A DNA stretch of 64,000 nt from a virus: the IMG/VR virus record IMGVR_UViG_3300022752_000038, positions 31,042 through 95,041 of that record. One strand, given 5' to 3'. Position 1 is the first letter of the stretch. The number at the start of each line of letters is the position of its first letter. Positions 41,743-52,792 of the stretch are shown in pieces. Under the pieces are notes generated by a model. That model saw only the letters and a program-made list of their open reading frames with translations, was not told where the DNA came from and made no database searches. Position numbers and translations under genes: made by a program.

Positions 41743-42636
41743 ATGTCTAAACGTATTGTAATTATACCAAATTTCGGAGAATCACATTTAATTAAATGCC
41801 AGATACCAAATTTAGTATCGACATTGAATCCGGATATTGTAATCTATAACGAAGGCGTATTTCCGACAGGGCCGGAAAGTCGTACATTAATCGATTCGGA
41901 GTTTAGAAAAAAATATTGTTATAAAGATACTAATTTAGCATGGGATACATTAGAAACACAACAATTAATACGACAGGCTCAATTAGATTATACGAATATA
42001 CAATGGATACATAACGAAATGACATTTCCTATAGGCATGAAAGCTTCAGATGCCTATACATATGCAGTTTCCAATTGGGATGAATTAGGTATTAATGTAG
42101 AGTATGGGGATTATATTTTTCCATATGAGCCTGATATTTTTCATATGGAAACTATGGGCGACGGAATTTCTTCGTTATTAGAACAGTTACAACCAAACGA
42201 AGGGTTTACTAGTATATGGTTAGATTTTTTAGAAACTCAGTATTATATAGAAGCTTGTAATAATCCATTAAATGGACATGTAAAACGTAGGAAAATTGCA
42301 TTACGATTCGGCGATATAGATTTTTATCGACATGTTGTAAGCCAATTCGAATCGCAACGATATAACATGTTACATGAAAGTGATTTAGTTACATATCATT
42401 ACAATTGGTTTAGATTTGACAAAAATAAAGAGTTGCGTTACGATCAAATAGTGAGAAGCTCTGAATATTGGGACGCGTTCGAACAAGGATTATCTAAAAT
42501 AAAATATAATTCAGTGCATAATATACAGGAAGATGTGTTATTACGACCTTCACGTGATAATATAACTAGAATGGCATCATATATTAATATCGATCACCCA
42601 GCGGCTATAAAATCGCATACAAATTTTATTAAATAA
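41743..42636 (+). CDS. GT2-like glycosyltransferase
   Basis: IIPNFGE, YEPDIF, HYNW; island context. Confidence 0.5.
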   Translation: MSKRIVIIPNFGESHLIKCQIPNLVSTLNPDIVIYNEGVFPTGPESRTLIDSEFRKKYCYKDTNLAWDTLETQQLIRQAQLDYTNIQWIHNEMTFPIGMKASDAYTYAVSNWDELGINVEYGDYIFPYEPDIFHMETMGDGISSLLEQLQPNEGFTSIWLDFLETQYYIEACNNPLNGHVKRRKIALRFGDIDFYRHVVSQFESQRYNMLHESDLVTYHYNWFRFDKNKELRYDQIVRSSEYWDAFEQGLSKIKYNSVHNIQEDVLLRPSRDNITRMASYINIDHPAAIKSHTNFIK

Positions 42637-42644
42637 AGAAATAC

Positions 42645-43226
42645 ATGAAATACATATTTTTATTTTTTGGGGCACATGACGGCCGCGTTGTTAGTCAGTT
42701 AGATAAACTTACTATTGACAAAGTTTACGGAGAAGCTACCCATTGGGATGAAATACATTTATTTGAACCGCAGACAGAGCACGAATCAACATTAAAAACT
42801 TTAGCATTAAATGATAAAAGAATTAACTACCATAAATGTGCAGTTAGTACAGAAAATAAGGCCGGTACTCTATATGTAAAAGGCGATTTTGGTTATTGTA
42901 GTAGTACAATCGATCAATATAAGCATGCCGGCCATCTTCATTTTACAGAAACTGTACAAATTATTGATATTGTAGACTGGATTACAAAAAATACCTCTGC
43001 ACAAGACTATGTATGTATTGATATGGATATAGAATGTGAAGAATATAACATTTTACCTTATATTATTGATTCAGATATTATGGATAGAATTAAATTTATT
43101 AGTGTAGAATTTCATGAAGGTAAATCTCATTATTGGTCACAAGAAGGATACGATAGACAGGTACGATTATTTACTTACCAACGATTAGGAAATAAATTTA
43201 TAGATCATGATACGTATTACGCGTAA
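42645..43226 (+). CDS. FkbM-family methyltransferase
   Basis: GAHDG, FEP, AVS, MDIECEEY, VEFH. Confidence 0.8.
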   Translation: MKYIFLFFGAHDGRVVSQLDKLTIDKVYGEATHWDEIHLFEPQTEHESTLKTLALNDKRINYHKCAVSTENKAGTLYVKGDFGYCSSTIDQYKHAGHLHFTETVQIIDIVDWITKNTSAQDYVCIDMDIECEEYNILPYIIDSDIMDRIKFISVEFHEGKSHYWSQEGYDRQVRLFTYQRLGNKFIDHDTYYA

Positions 43227-43237
43227 ATTTTAATTAT

Positions 43238-44026
43238 GTGGAAAATTTAGATATGGAAAATAACAAGCCGATAAAAGTTTTATTTTTAGTCATGTACTCT
43301 GGAGAAGGAGATTATGATAAATGTATCGAATCTGCTAAAAATCAGATTGGTATAGAACCGTATTTTTACGAGGTGAGACACCAGCCGTTAATGAATGCTC
43401 ATTATGAAATATATTCTTATTGGAATGAACATAGAGATGAGTATGATATGTTCGTAAAATTAGATGCCGATTTTGTTTTATACAATGATACAAAGATTAT
43501 TGACGTATATAACGCTATGAGTAAAACAAATTTAGCAATACTATGTGTATGGGCTGATGATTTTTTACGTAAACGTCTAATTCCCGGAATGGTTTTTGGT
43601 AATAAGCATTGTACATTTAACGTTAATAATGTAATTAACGGCGAAAAGGCAGTCTATGACACAGGCATGTATGTCATTGAAGACGGATATCGTTTTGACG
43701 ATACTTCTATAGCCCAAAGTTTAGCTCCATCGGCATTGCACGGTCATTATTCATATCCTATACAATTATTTGCGCAAGGTGTTAAACGTAGATTACGTAG
43801 AGGGGGTCAGTGGGATATATATCAAATAGTGCAGCATGAATTTAATAATAATCCGGATAAATTAAGATTTATGTTTTTAATCGGCTGGGCTTTAGCTGAA
43901 AATGTATTATCTAACGACTATAACTACACGGATAAGAAATTTAATGAATATTTTACCAAAGTTAATGAGTTAGTTAATACAACAGACCATGGGTATAAAG
44001 TTTCCAATATACTTAATAATCTATAG
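43238..44026 (+). CDS. GT-A-like glycosyltransferase
   Basis: FVKLDAD DxD motif; start may be the ATG at 43253. Confidence 0.6.
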   Translation: MENLDMENNKPIKVLFLVMYSGEGDYDKCIESAKNQIGIEPYFYEVRHQPLMNAHYEIYSYWNEHRDEYDMFVKLDADFVLYNDTKIIDVYNAMSKTNLAILCVWADDFLRKRLIPGMVFGNKHCTFNVNNVINGEKAVYDTGMYVIEDGYRFDDTSIAQSLAPSALHGHYSYPIQLFAQGVKRRLRRGGQWDIYQIVQHEFNNNPDKLRFMFLIGWALAENVLSNDYNYTDKKFNEYFTKVNELVNTTDHGYKVSNILNNL

Positions 44027-44033
44027 TTAACGG

Positions 44034-44066
44034 TTGTTTTTTAATAGAAAAGTTATTATATTAACC
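44034..44066 (+). promoter_or_regulatory. Class A bipartite promoter (degenerate)
   Basis: TTGTTTT at 44034, TTATATTAAC at 44056; ATG at 44069. Confidence 0.55.
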
Positions 44067-44068
44067 AT

Positions 44069-44812
44069 ATGAAAAAGAATGTAGTATTTTTTACTGTGAT
44101 GGATCAGGCTCCGGATAATATGGAGTATAAACAATGGTGTTTCGAAAGTTGGAATTATTGGGCTAAAAAGCATAATGTAGAAATATTTGTACTAGATACA
44201 CCATTATACGATAAAGCTTTAATGAAGCCTACTTGGCAGCGTTGGCACGTTTTAGAGATTCTAGAAGCTAACGATATTAATTATGATCAAGTAGCATTAG
44301 TCGATGCTGATACATTAATTCATCCAGACGCTCCTAATTTCTTTGAGTCGACTGATCACGAATTCTCGGCAGTTCAGGATGATATAATGGTAGAATGGGT
44401 ACATAATAGTATTGAAGGATATAAAGATTTCTTTACCGATACTAATATTGATTGGACTACATATTTCAATTGTGGATTTGTAGTTATTAACGAAAAACAT
44501 AAAGCTCTATGTAAACAAATTACTGAATTTTATTATGCTAACTTAGAAGAACTTCGTAATAGGCAGCATAATACAGTAAAGAAAGGTTCAGATCAGACTC
44601 CTGTTAATTATATGGCAAATGCATTTGGTAAAGTTAATTTGTTAAATAAGAAATGGAATTTTACTCATCTTCATTTAAGAGGAGTGCTTAATCAAATGCT
44701 ACCTAAAGTCGGATATATATATCACTTTAATGGATTTGATAAAACTCAAAGAGATTCGATAATGAATCAATGTTGGACTTTATTAAAACAATATTCTAAT
44801 GTACAAAACTAA
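44069..44812 (+). CDS. GT8-like glycosyltransferase
   Basis: VDAD, YFNCGFVVIN, DQ..VN, WN, HF. Confidence 0.82.
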   Translation: MKKNVVFFTVMDQAPDNMEYKQWCFESWNYWAKKHNVEIFVLDTPLYDKALMKPTWQRWHVLEILEANDINYDQVALVDADTLIHPDAPNFFESTDHEFSAVQDDIMVEWVHNSIEGYKDFFTDTNIDWTTYFNCGFVVINEKHKALCKQITEFYYANLEELRNRQHNTVKKGSDQTPVNYMANAFGKVNLLNKKWNFTHLHLRGVLNQMLPKVGYIYHFNGFDKTQRDSIMNQCWTLLKQYSNVQN

Positions 44813-45761
44813 ATTCGCAATAGGATGCTTGGTTCAGTGGTATGAGCTCGATATTATACCATTGTATATACAAAGTTTACATGAAGCTATACAATCATAT
44901 AAAGGTGAAGTTATAGTCGACGTAATTGTTTCTATGAATCAAAATTTAGAAAAAACAAATTTAACTGAAGATGAATTTTGGCTAATAGAAGAAAAAATTT
45001 ATGATGCGTTTAAAAATTCGTTAGGCATAAATAATTACCAAATTAAAAGCACTGAATCGTTATATACGATTGCTGATTATAGAAGAGAGTTTAATGAAAA
45101 ATATTGCGAACATGTCGATGTATTAATTTGGGGTGAGTCTGACATGTTAGTACCTAAACAAATGTTTATTGTATTAGATAGTTTACACCAATCACAATCA
45201 ACTGCGACTCCTAAATATTTAGCGACATTCGGAATTTGTAAAATGTGGGACGAATCTTGGAAAGTGTTAGAACATCCCGAGTTTACTAATATGAGTCATT
45301 CAGACTCTAAAAATGATTGGTGGGGTGTAAATTATGATATGAATATTGACGAAATGAATTCATTTAATGATAAAATTTCTGAATTAGACGTTAAGATAAT
45401 CGAGACACATAAATTTAATGGATGTGGGTTGGTAATATCATCAGAAATAATTAAATCGGGTGTCAATATTCCTAGGTCAGCATTTTTTGTTCATGAAGAC
45501 ACTGCATTTATGCTTATGACTCAAAAAGTATTAGGCCATATACCCCAATATCACTTTAAAAATATTTTATTAGTTCATAACAGAAAGCATAGAGACAAAA
45601 GATCGTATATCGCAGGAGAGTCTGGAGAGACTGTCGGTCAGCGGCGAAATAGTAATAAATGGTATACGGTTGCAAATCGGATGTGTGAGCAAAATGTATA
45701 TAACATATTCAATCCAAAATATAAATCATTTACATGGGAGGATGTATGGAACTCAATTTAA
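44799..45761 (+). CDS. Glycosyltransferase-like protein
   Basis: WGESDML, FNGCG, HEDT; island context. Confidence 0.5.
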   Translation: MYKTKFAIGCLVQWYELDIIPLYIQSLHEAIQSYKGEVIVDVIVSMNQNLEKTNLTEDEFWLIEEKIYDAFKNSLGINNYQIKSTESLYTIADYRREFNEKYCEHVDVLIWGESDMLVPKQMFIVLDSLHQSQSTATPKYLATFGICKMWDESWKVLEHPEFTNMSHSDSKNDWWGVNYDMNIDEMNSFNDKISELDVKIIETHKFNGCGLVISSEIIKSGVNIPRSAFFVHEDTAFMLMTQKVLGHIPQYHFKNILLVHNRKHRDKRSYIAGESGETVGQRRNSNKWYTVANRMCEQNVYNIFNPKYKSFTWEDVWNSI

Positions 45762-46414
45762 CTGTAGCGATTGATGATATACATCCAGAGAAAGATTGGG
45801 GTCTACCTGGCGATGAATGTATGGAATACTTAGATTCTTTACATAAAGAGTTTGGTACTAAATTTACATTATTCATACCTAGTAACTATCATAGGCAATA
45901 TCCTTTAAGTGAACATAAGGATTGGATTGATTGGCTCAAGTCATTAGGTTATTTTGAACTAGCAGCCCATGGACATTATCATGCATGTAGACGTACTGAT
46001 ATAGGCGAATGTGAATTTTTTGAATTAGATAATGACATTAATGTCACGGAACGTATACAAATGATACTTAACGAATGGCAAAAAGTCAATCATATACCAG
46101 TCGGCTGGAGAAATCCTGGATGGTTAGCTCACCCGACAGCCGTTAAACATTTAGGTAGGCATTTTAAATATGCAGCTGTACATTATGAGCATAACCATAA
46201 TTTAGTATGGGATTGTAAGATGATATTTGGAGCAGACGGTATACATGAATCAGATATTGGTATACATGACGGAGCTTTAATGTTTCAAAGCCATATAGCT
46301 GGCGATTGGAATAAAAACTCATGGAATCGTGCTAATTACGAACAATTTAGACATTCTTTGTTACATATACATAGCCAGCATAAAATAACAAACAAATTTA
46401 TCATGGAACTATAA
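45746..46414 (+). CDS. Polysaccharide deacetylase-like protein (CE4 fold)
   Basis: IDD, HGHYH, RNPGW, H. Confidence 0.75.
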   Translation: MELNLTVAIDDIHPEKDWGLPGDECMEYLDSLHKEFGTKFTLFIPSNYHRQYPLSEHKDWIDWLKSLGYFELAAHGHYHACRRTDIGECEFFELDNDINVTERIQMILNEWQKVNHIPVGWRNPGWLAHPTAVKHLGRHFKYAAVHYEHNHNLVWDCKMIFGADGIHESDIGIHDGALMFQSHIAGDWNKNSWNRANYEQFRHSLLHIHSQHKITNKFIMEL

Positions 46415-47226
46415 TGAATACTAGAATATTGGTTATCGGTAACGGTTACATAGCAGACAACTTTATTTGTTCTGTTAAGGATAAATATGATGTAACGGTA
46501 TATGCTCGTTTAAAAAATATAGAGTATAGTAATGTAACATACATTTATGATTTAGTAGAACATATTAATATGTTAACGAATGATTTTGATCATATCTATA
46601 TTTTATTCGGGCATTCTAGACCAAACACTACGTCAACACTCAACGAAGTTATATATTCGAATGTATATCTCATATCAAAAATACTAGATTTTGCTAGTAC
46701 TAACATGTCTAAGATATTCTATCCAGCTACGTCCTTAGCTCTGACTGAATCGACACGTAAGTTAAATTATTATTCGTATTCGCATACGATAGCAATTGAT
46801 ATGATACGTCAGTCTAAGCTTATATATACTATTTGCTATTTGCATAACATATACGGCAGTCTAACAGGAGCGCCAAAAAAGAATAAAATGGTAATTGATA
46901 ATTTTATAGATTGTTATCACGATGGCCGGCATGTACAACTAATTAATGACGGCATTCAACGACGTATATTTACGCATATATCAGATGTTATAGATTACAT
47001 GATATTAAATTTAGACTGTACTACTAATAAAGAGGTTAATTTAGTTAAAGATAATGTAGTGTATTCTGTTAAAGAAATTGCAGAACTGTTAGAACTACAA
47101 ACTGTAAGTGTAAATAATACGTTATATTCATTAGATGACCCATATACATTAGCAATTGACGACTTAGGTATATGGAAAGAACAAATTGATATTAAAGATT
47201 GGATTACAAATAAAGTAAAAATATGA
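46414..47226 (+). CDS. Divergent NAD-dependent epimerase/dehydratase
   Basis: IGNGYIA, NIYG, QRRIFTHISDV; YxxxK appears degenerate (YSYSH). Confidence 0.65.
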   Translation: MNTRILVIGNGYIADNFICSVKDKYDVTVYARLKNIEYSNVTYIYDLVEHINMLTNDFDHIYILFGHSRPNTTSTLNEVIYSNVYLISKILDFASTNMSKIFYPATSLALTESTRKLNYYSYSHTIAIDMIRQSKLIYTICYLHNIYGSLTGAPKKNKMVIDNFIDCYHDGRHVQLINDGIQRRIFTHISDVIDYMILNLDCTTNKEVNLVKDNVVYSVKEIAELLELQTVSVNNTLYSLDDPYTLAIDDLGIWKEQIDIKDWITNKVKI

Positions 47227-47957
47227 AAACAATAGCTTATTTCTTTTGGACTGGAAAAATTAATGATATGTTTACGAATTGTATAGATTCGTATAAAAAG
47301 TTAAACTTTTTCGATGAATGGTATATATTAACAGACAATGATTCTATTTTAGAGTATTATCCTGATTTTAAAATTATTAGAGTGCCTGATGACTGGACAA
47401 CTAAGCGTTTTTATCTTAAAATGAGCGAATTACGTAAGATACGAGCTAATACAGGAGATCGTATAATGGTATTGGATGGCGATACCATGTGTTTAAAACC
47501 AATCGATGGATTCTTTGTCGATGGATATGATATTATTTTAACAACTCGTCATAGAGTCGATACATTTAAAATTAATGCAGGCGTATGGGGTTACATTAAA
47601 AATAATGTAACAGATGCATTTTTAAATCATGCTGCTGTTACAATAACAAATCCAATTAGTTGGTATCCATATTATAACTTAAAAATTAATCATCCATGGG
47701 ATCGTGCTAGATCATTAACTAATATTGATTGGCCCGTCGATCAAGATTATTTAGAGATAGTATATAATCATCGGGATGATTTGTTAACTAATATCAATAT
47801 TGATGCTAAAGTATATGTACACGAAAAAGGTATATACAATTGCATTGTAAGTCATTTAGAACATCCTGCAGTAGCAGAAGTTGATCCTTATATTGTACAT
47901 TTTAAAAATATGTCAAGCGTAAAATGGAAAACTGAAAATAACATGTTATATAATTAA
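47223..47957 (+). CDS. GT-A nucleotide-diphospho-sugar transferase
   Basis: LDGD, INAGV, DQD.L, YN, IVHF. Confidence 0.75.
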   Translation: MKTIAYFFWTGKINDMFTNCIDSYKKLNFFDEWYILTDNDSILEYYPDFKIIRVPDDWTTKRFYLKMSELRKIRANTGDRIMVLDGDTMCLKPIDGFFVDGYDIILTTRHRVDTFKINAGVWGYIKNNVTDAFLNHAAVTITNPISWYPYYNLKINHPWDRARSLTNIDWPVDQDYLEIVYNHRDDLLTNINIDAKVYVHEKGIYNCIVSHLEHPAVAEVDPYIVHFKNMSSVKWKTENNMLYN

Positions 47958-47960
47958 ACT

Positions 47961-48761
47961 ATGGAATTAAAAGATAAACTTTCGGTTATGGTTATGACAC
48001 ATATTATTAATGTGGCCACAGACCCATATTTAGATAATGAAATGATTATAACTACTATTCGTACGTCACACGATCGTATGAAGTTGCTAGGTGTCACATA
48101 CTACATTTATATAGATTCATTTTTTAAAGAAAACTATCCAGAATATTATGATATCTATAAACAAAATTTGTTAAAGAGATTCGACAAAGAATTATCAGAT
48201 ATCAATATAGTAATTGTACCTGATGCTACATCTACACAAAAGGGCAATTGGATCCATATGATAAATAACTGTAATACTCCGTATTTCATGTTTCTAGAAC
48301 ACGATTGGGAGTTTATAAAAGATATACCGACGGATACTATATTATCAGAAATGGATCGTTATGAAAATTTTTCGTATATACGATTTTCTAGGTGGCCCGC
48401 AGGACATGGGCAAGAACTAAGATGGGATAGGGCTCATGGGGCTATTTATGAAAAAGAAATGGTGATAGGGGCTGACGTAGATCTTCCATTAACAAGAGTA
48501 GGATTATACTCAGGCAATCCACATATTGTTAAAACAAAAAAATGTAAAGATTTTTATTTGCCTGTGATCTTAAAGCATTTTCCTTATATTGGCGATAGAA
48601 ATACATATTTAGAAAAAGAATTTTTAGGTATTATAGTACGTGATATACAAGTCCATGGACAACTTAAATCGCACGAAATATGGGGTACATTTTTATATGG
48701 ATCACTTCCAGCATTTGAACCAGTAATTACACATTTAGGCGATTGGTGTAGAAAATCTTAA
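47961..48761 (+). CDS. GT2-like glycosyltransferase
   Basis: FLEHDW, SGNPH, HLG. Confidence 0.6.
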   Translation: MELKDKLSVMVMTHIINVATDPYLDNEMIITTIRTSHDRMKLLGVTYYIYIDSFFKENYPEYYDIYKQNLLKRFDKELSDINIVIVPDATSTQKGNWIHMINNCNTPYFMFLEHDWEFIKDIPTDTILSEMDRYENFSYIRFSRWPAGHGQELRWDRAHGAIYEKEMVIGADVDLPLTRVGLYSGNPHIVKTKKCKDFYLPVILKHFPYIGDRNTYLEKEFLGIIVRDIQVHGQLKSHEIWGTFLYGSLPAFEPVITHLGDWCRKS

Positions 48762-48774
48762 TAAAAAGGATAAT

Positions 48775-49632
48775 ATGATTAAAATCGAAAAAGGTAAAAA
48801 GTATTTAGTAACAGGCGGCTCTGGATTTTTAGGCGTACCGTTAGTTAAATATATTATTGATAATGGCGGGGACGTACGTGTTATTTCACGTGATGAAGGA
48901 AAGTTAATAACTCTACGCGAATTATTTCCGTCTATAGAAATATATCCCGGGGACATTGCCGATGCATACGAAGTTAAACAAGCTATGCAAGGCATTAATG
49001 GCGTATTTCATTTAGCTGCATCTAAGCATGTTGGATTAGCAGAAACATTTGTCAGAGAGAATGTGAAAACTAATACTTTAGGGTCATTATATATTCTTGA
49101 AGAATCGTTACATATGGATTTAGACTTTGTATTAGGAATATCAACAGATAAGGCTGCACAAGTCTCTGGTGTATACGGAGCTACAAAATTATTAATGGAA
49201 CGTTTATTTACGCAGTATGAAAAATTAAATACAACCTGCAAATATAGAATTGTGAGATATGGCAATGTTTTATACTCAACAGGTTCAGTTCTATGTAAAT
49301 GGAAAGAATTGATCCGGCATGGCAAAGAAGTTATAGTCACTGAACCTAAAGCTACTAGGTTCTTTTGGAACGTAGATCAGGCTATAGAACTTATCGTAGA
49401 TTGCATGGAGAATGCGACTGATTCAACCCCGTACTGCCCGATAATGAAATCAATGAGTGTAGAAAATTTACTATATGCTATGATTGAGAAATACAGTAAC
49501 GGACAAAATATACCTATCAAGATCATTGGTTTACAGCCTGGCGAAAACATGCATGAAAAGGTTCTAGAACAAGGTCCATATTCTAACGAAGTCGATCAAT
49601 TTACTATCGAAGAAATTAAGCATTTGATATGA
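48775..49632 (+). CDS. UDP-GlcNAc 4,6-dehydratase-like (PseB/CapD family)
   Basis: TGGSGFLG, SRDE, HLAA.KHV, ISTDKA, YGATK, RYGNV..S.GSV, GENMHE. Confidence 0.9.
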   Translation: MIKIEKGKKYLVTGGSGFLGVPLVKYIIDNGGDVRVISRDEGKLITLRELFPSIEIYPGDIADAYEVKQAMQGINGVFHLAASKHVGLAETFVRENVKTNTLGSLYILEESLHMDLDFVLGISTDKAAQVSGVYGATKLLMERLFTQYEKLNTTCKYRIVRYGNVLYSTGSVLCKWKELIRHGKEVIVTEPKATRFFWNVDQAIELIVDCMENATDSTPYCPIMKSMSVENLLYAMIEKYSNGQNIPIKIIGLQPGENMHEKVLEQGPYSNEVDQFTIEEIKHLI

Positions 49633-50537
49633 AAATAGCTTTCTTTACAGAGATGGAGTTCAATGGTAAGATATCTAGAACTCATGATAATATGAGAGTT
49701 GAATTCGCATGGATGTGTGCGTTAAATGCGGATCATTATAATATCAGACAAATTCCTATTGACAAATATGATTTAGGTATAGTTATCATTCCTAAAAAGA
49801 ATCCTAATTTTAATATCGATGATCTAAAGTTAAGCTGTTTGAAGGTCGCGGTGATGCAAGAAGGGCCGAATTGGTACTGGCAAGATTATGATTTATCTAA
49901 ACAAATTTGGTATTTTAATACACTGACATCTGCAGATATTATTTTTACTCATAACAAGTCTGATCAGAAATATTATCAAGGACTAACAGCCCATCCGGAT
50001 GTGCGAGTAATGCCTTCATTAATGATTGAAGAGTCAATCGGTAAATTAACACAAGAAAATCGAAAGGGAGTTATTATTGGAGGTAATTTTGTATCTTGGT
50101 ATGGGGGATTTGATTCATTTATTATTGCACAAGAATTTGATAACGGTATAGTACATGCCCCTTCAATGGGAAGAAGGCAGCCTAGTGAAGAGCAATTGAT
50201 TAAACATTTACCTTATTTAAATTGGAAAGGATGGATGCACGAACTTAATAAATTTAAGTATGGCGTTCATTTAATGCGAACTCATGCAGCCGGTACATTT
50301 GCTCTTAATTGTGCATATCTAGGAATTCCTTGTATTGGATATAAAGGATTAGATACACAGGAAATATGTCACCCAGATTTAACTGTTAATGCGGGGGATT
50401 TATCGACGGCTAGAAAAATTGCTACAGACCTTAGGAATGATGAACAATTTTATTTATATTGTGCAGAGAAATGTCGACATCAATATCAATCATTTTACAC
50501 GGAACAAACGTTTTTAGAAAAATTTAACAATGAATAA
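49629..50537 (+). CDS. GT-B-like glycosyltransferase
   Basis: AAGTFALNCAYLGIPCIG nucleotide-sugar binding segment. Confidence 0.6.
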   Translation: MKIAFFTEMEFNGKISRTHDNMRVEFAWMCALNADHYNIRQIPIDKYDLGIVIIPKKNPNFNIDDLKLSCLKVAVMQEGPNWYWQDYDLSKQIWYFNTLTSADIIFTHNKSDQKYYQGLTAHPDVRVMPSLMIEESIGKLTQENRKGVIIGGNFVSWYGGFDSFIIAQEFDNGIVHAPSMGRRQPSEEQLIKHLPYLNWKGWMHELNKFKYGVHLMRTHAAGTFALNCAYLGIPCIGYKGLDTQEICHPDLTVNAGDLSTARKIATDLRNDEQFYLYCAEKCRHQYQSFYTEQTFLEKFNNE

Positions 50538-51702
50538 AATTACATTTGTAATACCTAGTCGTAATAATCTAGAATTTTTGCGTTTAGCATATCAATCAAT
50601 ACGTAATTTGCGTACTAAGCATGAGATTATTATTTTAGATGATGCCAGTACAGATGGAACACTAGAATGGATAATTACGTTGCATGATGAGGATTTAATT
50701 CATTATCATAATCCAGGACCAACGCGTGTTGGTATAGTTGGTATGTTTGATAGAGGTATTGCAATGTCACGTACGGATATTATATTTGCTTTCCATGCAG
50801 ATATGATTGCGGGCCCGAATTTAGATACTAATATTTTAAAATATCTACAAAGAGGTATGGTCGTGTCTGCAACTCGTATAGAGCCTCCGTTACATCCGCC
50901 TGGCCCCGAAAAGATAACTCAAGCTTGGGGTAATGAGCCGCATGAGATTGATTTTCCAATACTTATGAATTCTATCAATCACTTTGAACGTGAGAATGCA
51001 AATAAAACTACGGAAGGTATTTTTGCTCCATGGTGCATGTATAAATCTGATTATTTAGCTATCGGCGGGCATGATGAGCTCTTCGCACCGCAAAGTAAAG
51101 AAGATTCTGATTTATTCAATCGTTTTGTACTGAACGGATATAACGTTATTCAGTCATGGGATGCATTAGTATATCATTTCACTAGTCGTGGTAGTAGATT
51201 TAATACATATGCAGGCGGCGCAGCGGGTAAAGATAGTGCAGAATGGCAATATACTACTAATAAAAATGCTCGTAACTTTATTCGTAAATGGGGACATTTT
51301 GTTAAGCACGATCAATTTATGAAGCCTATTATACCGCCTAAGTATGATATTGGATTCATAATTCATAACTGTACTGATCAATTGTTAAATGTTCTAGAAC
51401 CATGGTGTACTGATGTATATATTGATATGATACCAGATGAGTATATTGCTAAAGAGCAGATTAACACAAAATTTAAATTATCGGACCGTATACATAGCAC
51501 TCGATTAGGACCTAAACTCAATGATATTCTGGTTACAATTGACGGATCTAGATTTACTAATGAAGATTTTTATGTTATACAAGAACTAGCTACAATCATT
51601 AAACAAACAAATGATATAGGTGAATTTGCTATAGGCAATCTTAACATACGTATTAATAAGTTAACAACATACGAACATAATCTAATTAAAGCAAAAATAT
51701 GA
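50530..51702 (+). CDS. GT2 glycosyltransferase
   Basis: VIPSRN, DDASTDGT, HADM, EDSDL. Confidence 0.88.
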   Translation: MNKITFVIPSRNNLEFLRLAYQSIRNLRTKHEIIILDDASTDGTLEWIITLHDEDLIHYHNPGPTRVGIVGMFDRGIAMSRTDIIFAFHADMIAGPNLDTNILKYLQRGMVVSATRIEPPLHPPGPEKITQAWGNEPHEIDFPILMNSINHFERENANKTTEGIFAPWCMYKSDYLAIGGHDELFAPQSKEDSDLFNRFVLNGYNVIQSWDALVYHFTSRGSRFNTYAGGAAGKDSAEWQYTTNKNARNFIRKWGHFVKHDQFMKPIIPPKYDIGFIIHNCTDQLLNVLEPWCTDVYIDMIPDEYIAKEQINTKFKLSDRIHSTRLGPKLNDILVTIDGSRFTNEDFYVIQELATIIKQTNDIGEFAIGNLNIRINKLTTYEHNLIKAKI

Positions 51703-52547
51703 ATATATTAGTTACGGGAGGAGCTGGATTTGTTGGTACCAATCTAATAAAAGAATTATTGAAACAAGGTCATACAGTCGTGTCAATTGACAATTACTCA
51801 ACTGGACTTAAATCTAATCATCAACAAGGATGTGTATATTATGAATATGATATACGTACAATAAATGATTATCGTGCATTTGGAAAATTTGACGTTGTAT
51901 ATCATTTAGCCGCTATTGCTCGTATACAGCCTTCATTTGATAATCCTGAAGAATATTTTACTACAAATGCAGCTGCTACAATGAAATTGGCTAAGTGGTG
52001 TAGTGCTGATAATATTCCGATTGTATATGCTGGCAGTAGTTCGCATCATTCCGGCAAGTTTAAAAACCCATATACGTTTAGCAAAGATATTGGCGAGGAG
52101 ATTATACGTTTATTTCAGATACATTACGGGTTGCAAGCTAGTATTGCTAGATTTTACAATGTATATGGCCCATATCAATTGACTGAAGGTAACTATTGTA
52201 CATTGATAGGAATATGGGAACGTTGTATACAAGATGGTCGACCATTAACTATATATGGCGATGGTACTAAACGCAGAGACTTTACACATGTAGAGGATAT
52301 TGTTAATGGTTTAATTAGTATTAATACAAAAAAAGCTTGGGGACATATATTTGAATTAGGCAGAGGAAAAAATCACTCGGTATTGGAAATAGCGCATATG
52401 TTTCAAAATGCGACTATAGCGTTTGGTCCGGATAGACCTGGCGAAGCACGAGAAACATTATGTGTAGATACAACAGCTCGAGATGTTTTAGATTGGCATC
52501 CAATTCGGGATATTCAAGACTATATTCATAATATTTATAACAAATGA
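51699..52547 (+). CDS. NAD-dependent epimerase/dehydratase
   Basis: TGGAGFVG, YTFSK, RFYNVYGP, RDFTHVED. Confidence 0.92.
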   Translation: MNILVTGGAGFVGTNLIKELLKQGHTVVSIDNYSTGLKSNHQQGCVYYEYDIRTINDYRAFGKFDVVYHLAAIARIQPSFDNPEEYFTTNAAATMKLAKWCSADNIPIVYAGSSSHHSGKFKNPYTFSKDIGEEIIRLFQIHYGLQASIARFYNVYGPYQLTEGNYCTLIGIWERCIQDGRPLTIYGDGTKRRDFTHVEDIVNGLISINTKKAWGHIFELGRGKNHSVLEIAHMFQNATIAFGPDRPGEARETLCVDTTARDVLDWHPIRDIQDYIHNIYNK

Positions 52548-52789
52548 GATATTACATATTATATCCAGATTCAACAACAGATGATCTGATTCGGGATGAT
52601 CATCAGTTAGGCGAAGATAATGGTTTCGGAGTCTTTTGGCCAGCCACAGGGTTTCAAATCTTACAACGCGCCGTTAACAATAATCCTGATATTCTCAACC
52701 ACTTCGACATAGTAAATGACCGCGGGAAGCATATGTCAGTCGAAGAATTTCTAGATGCGATCGCAAAGTTAAAAGTTAGACAAAATTAA
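52544..52789 (+). CDS. Hypothetical protein
   Basis: 81 aa; ATATTTAT at 52531 upstream. Confidence 0.55.
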   Translation: MRYYILYPDSTTDDLIRDDHQLGEDNGFGVFWPATGFQILQRAVNNNPDILNHFDIVNDRGKHMSVEEFLDAIAKLKVRQN

Positions 52790-52792
52790 TGT

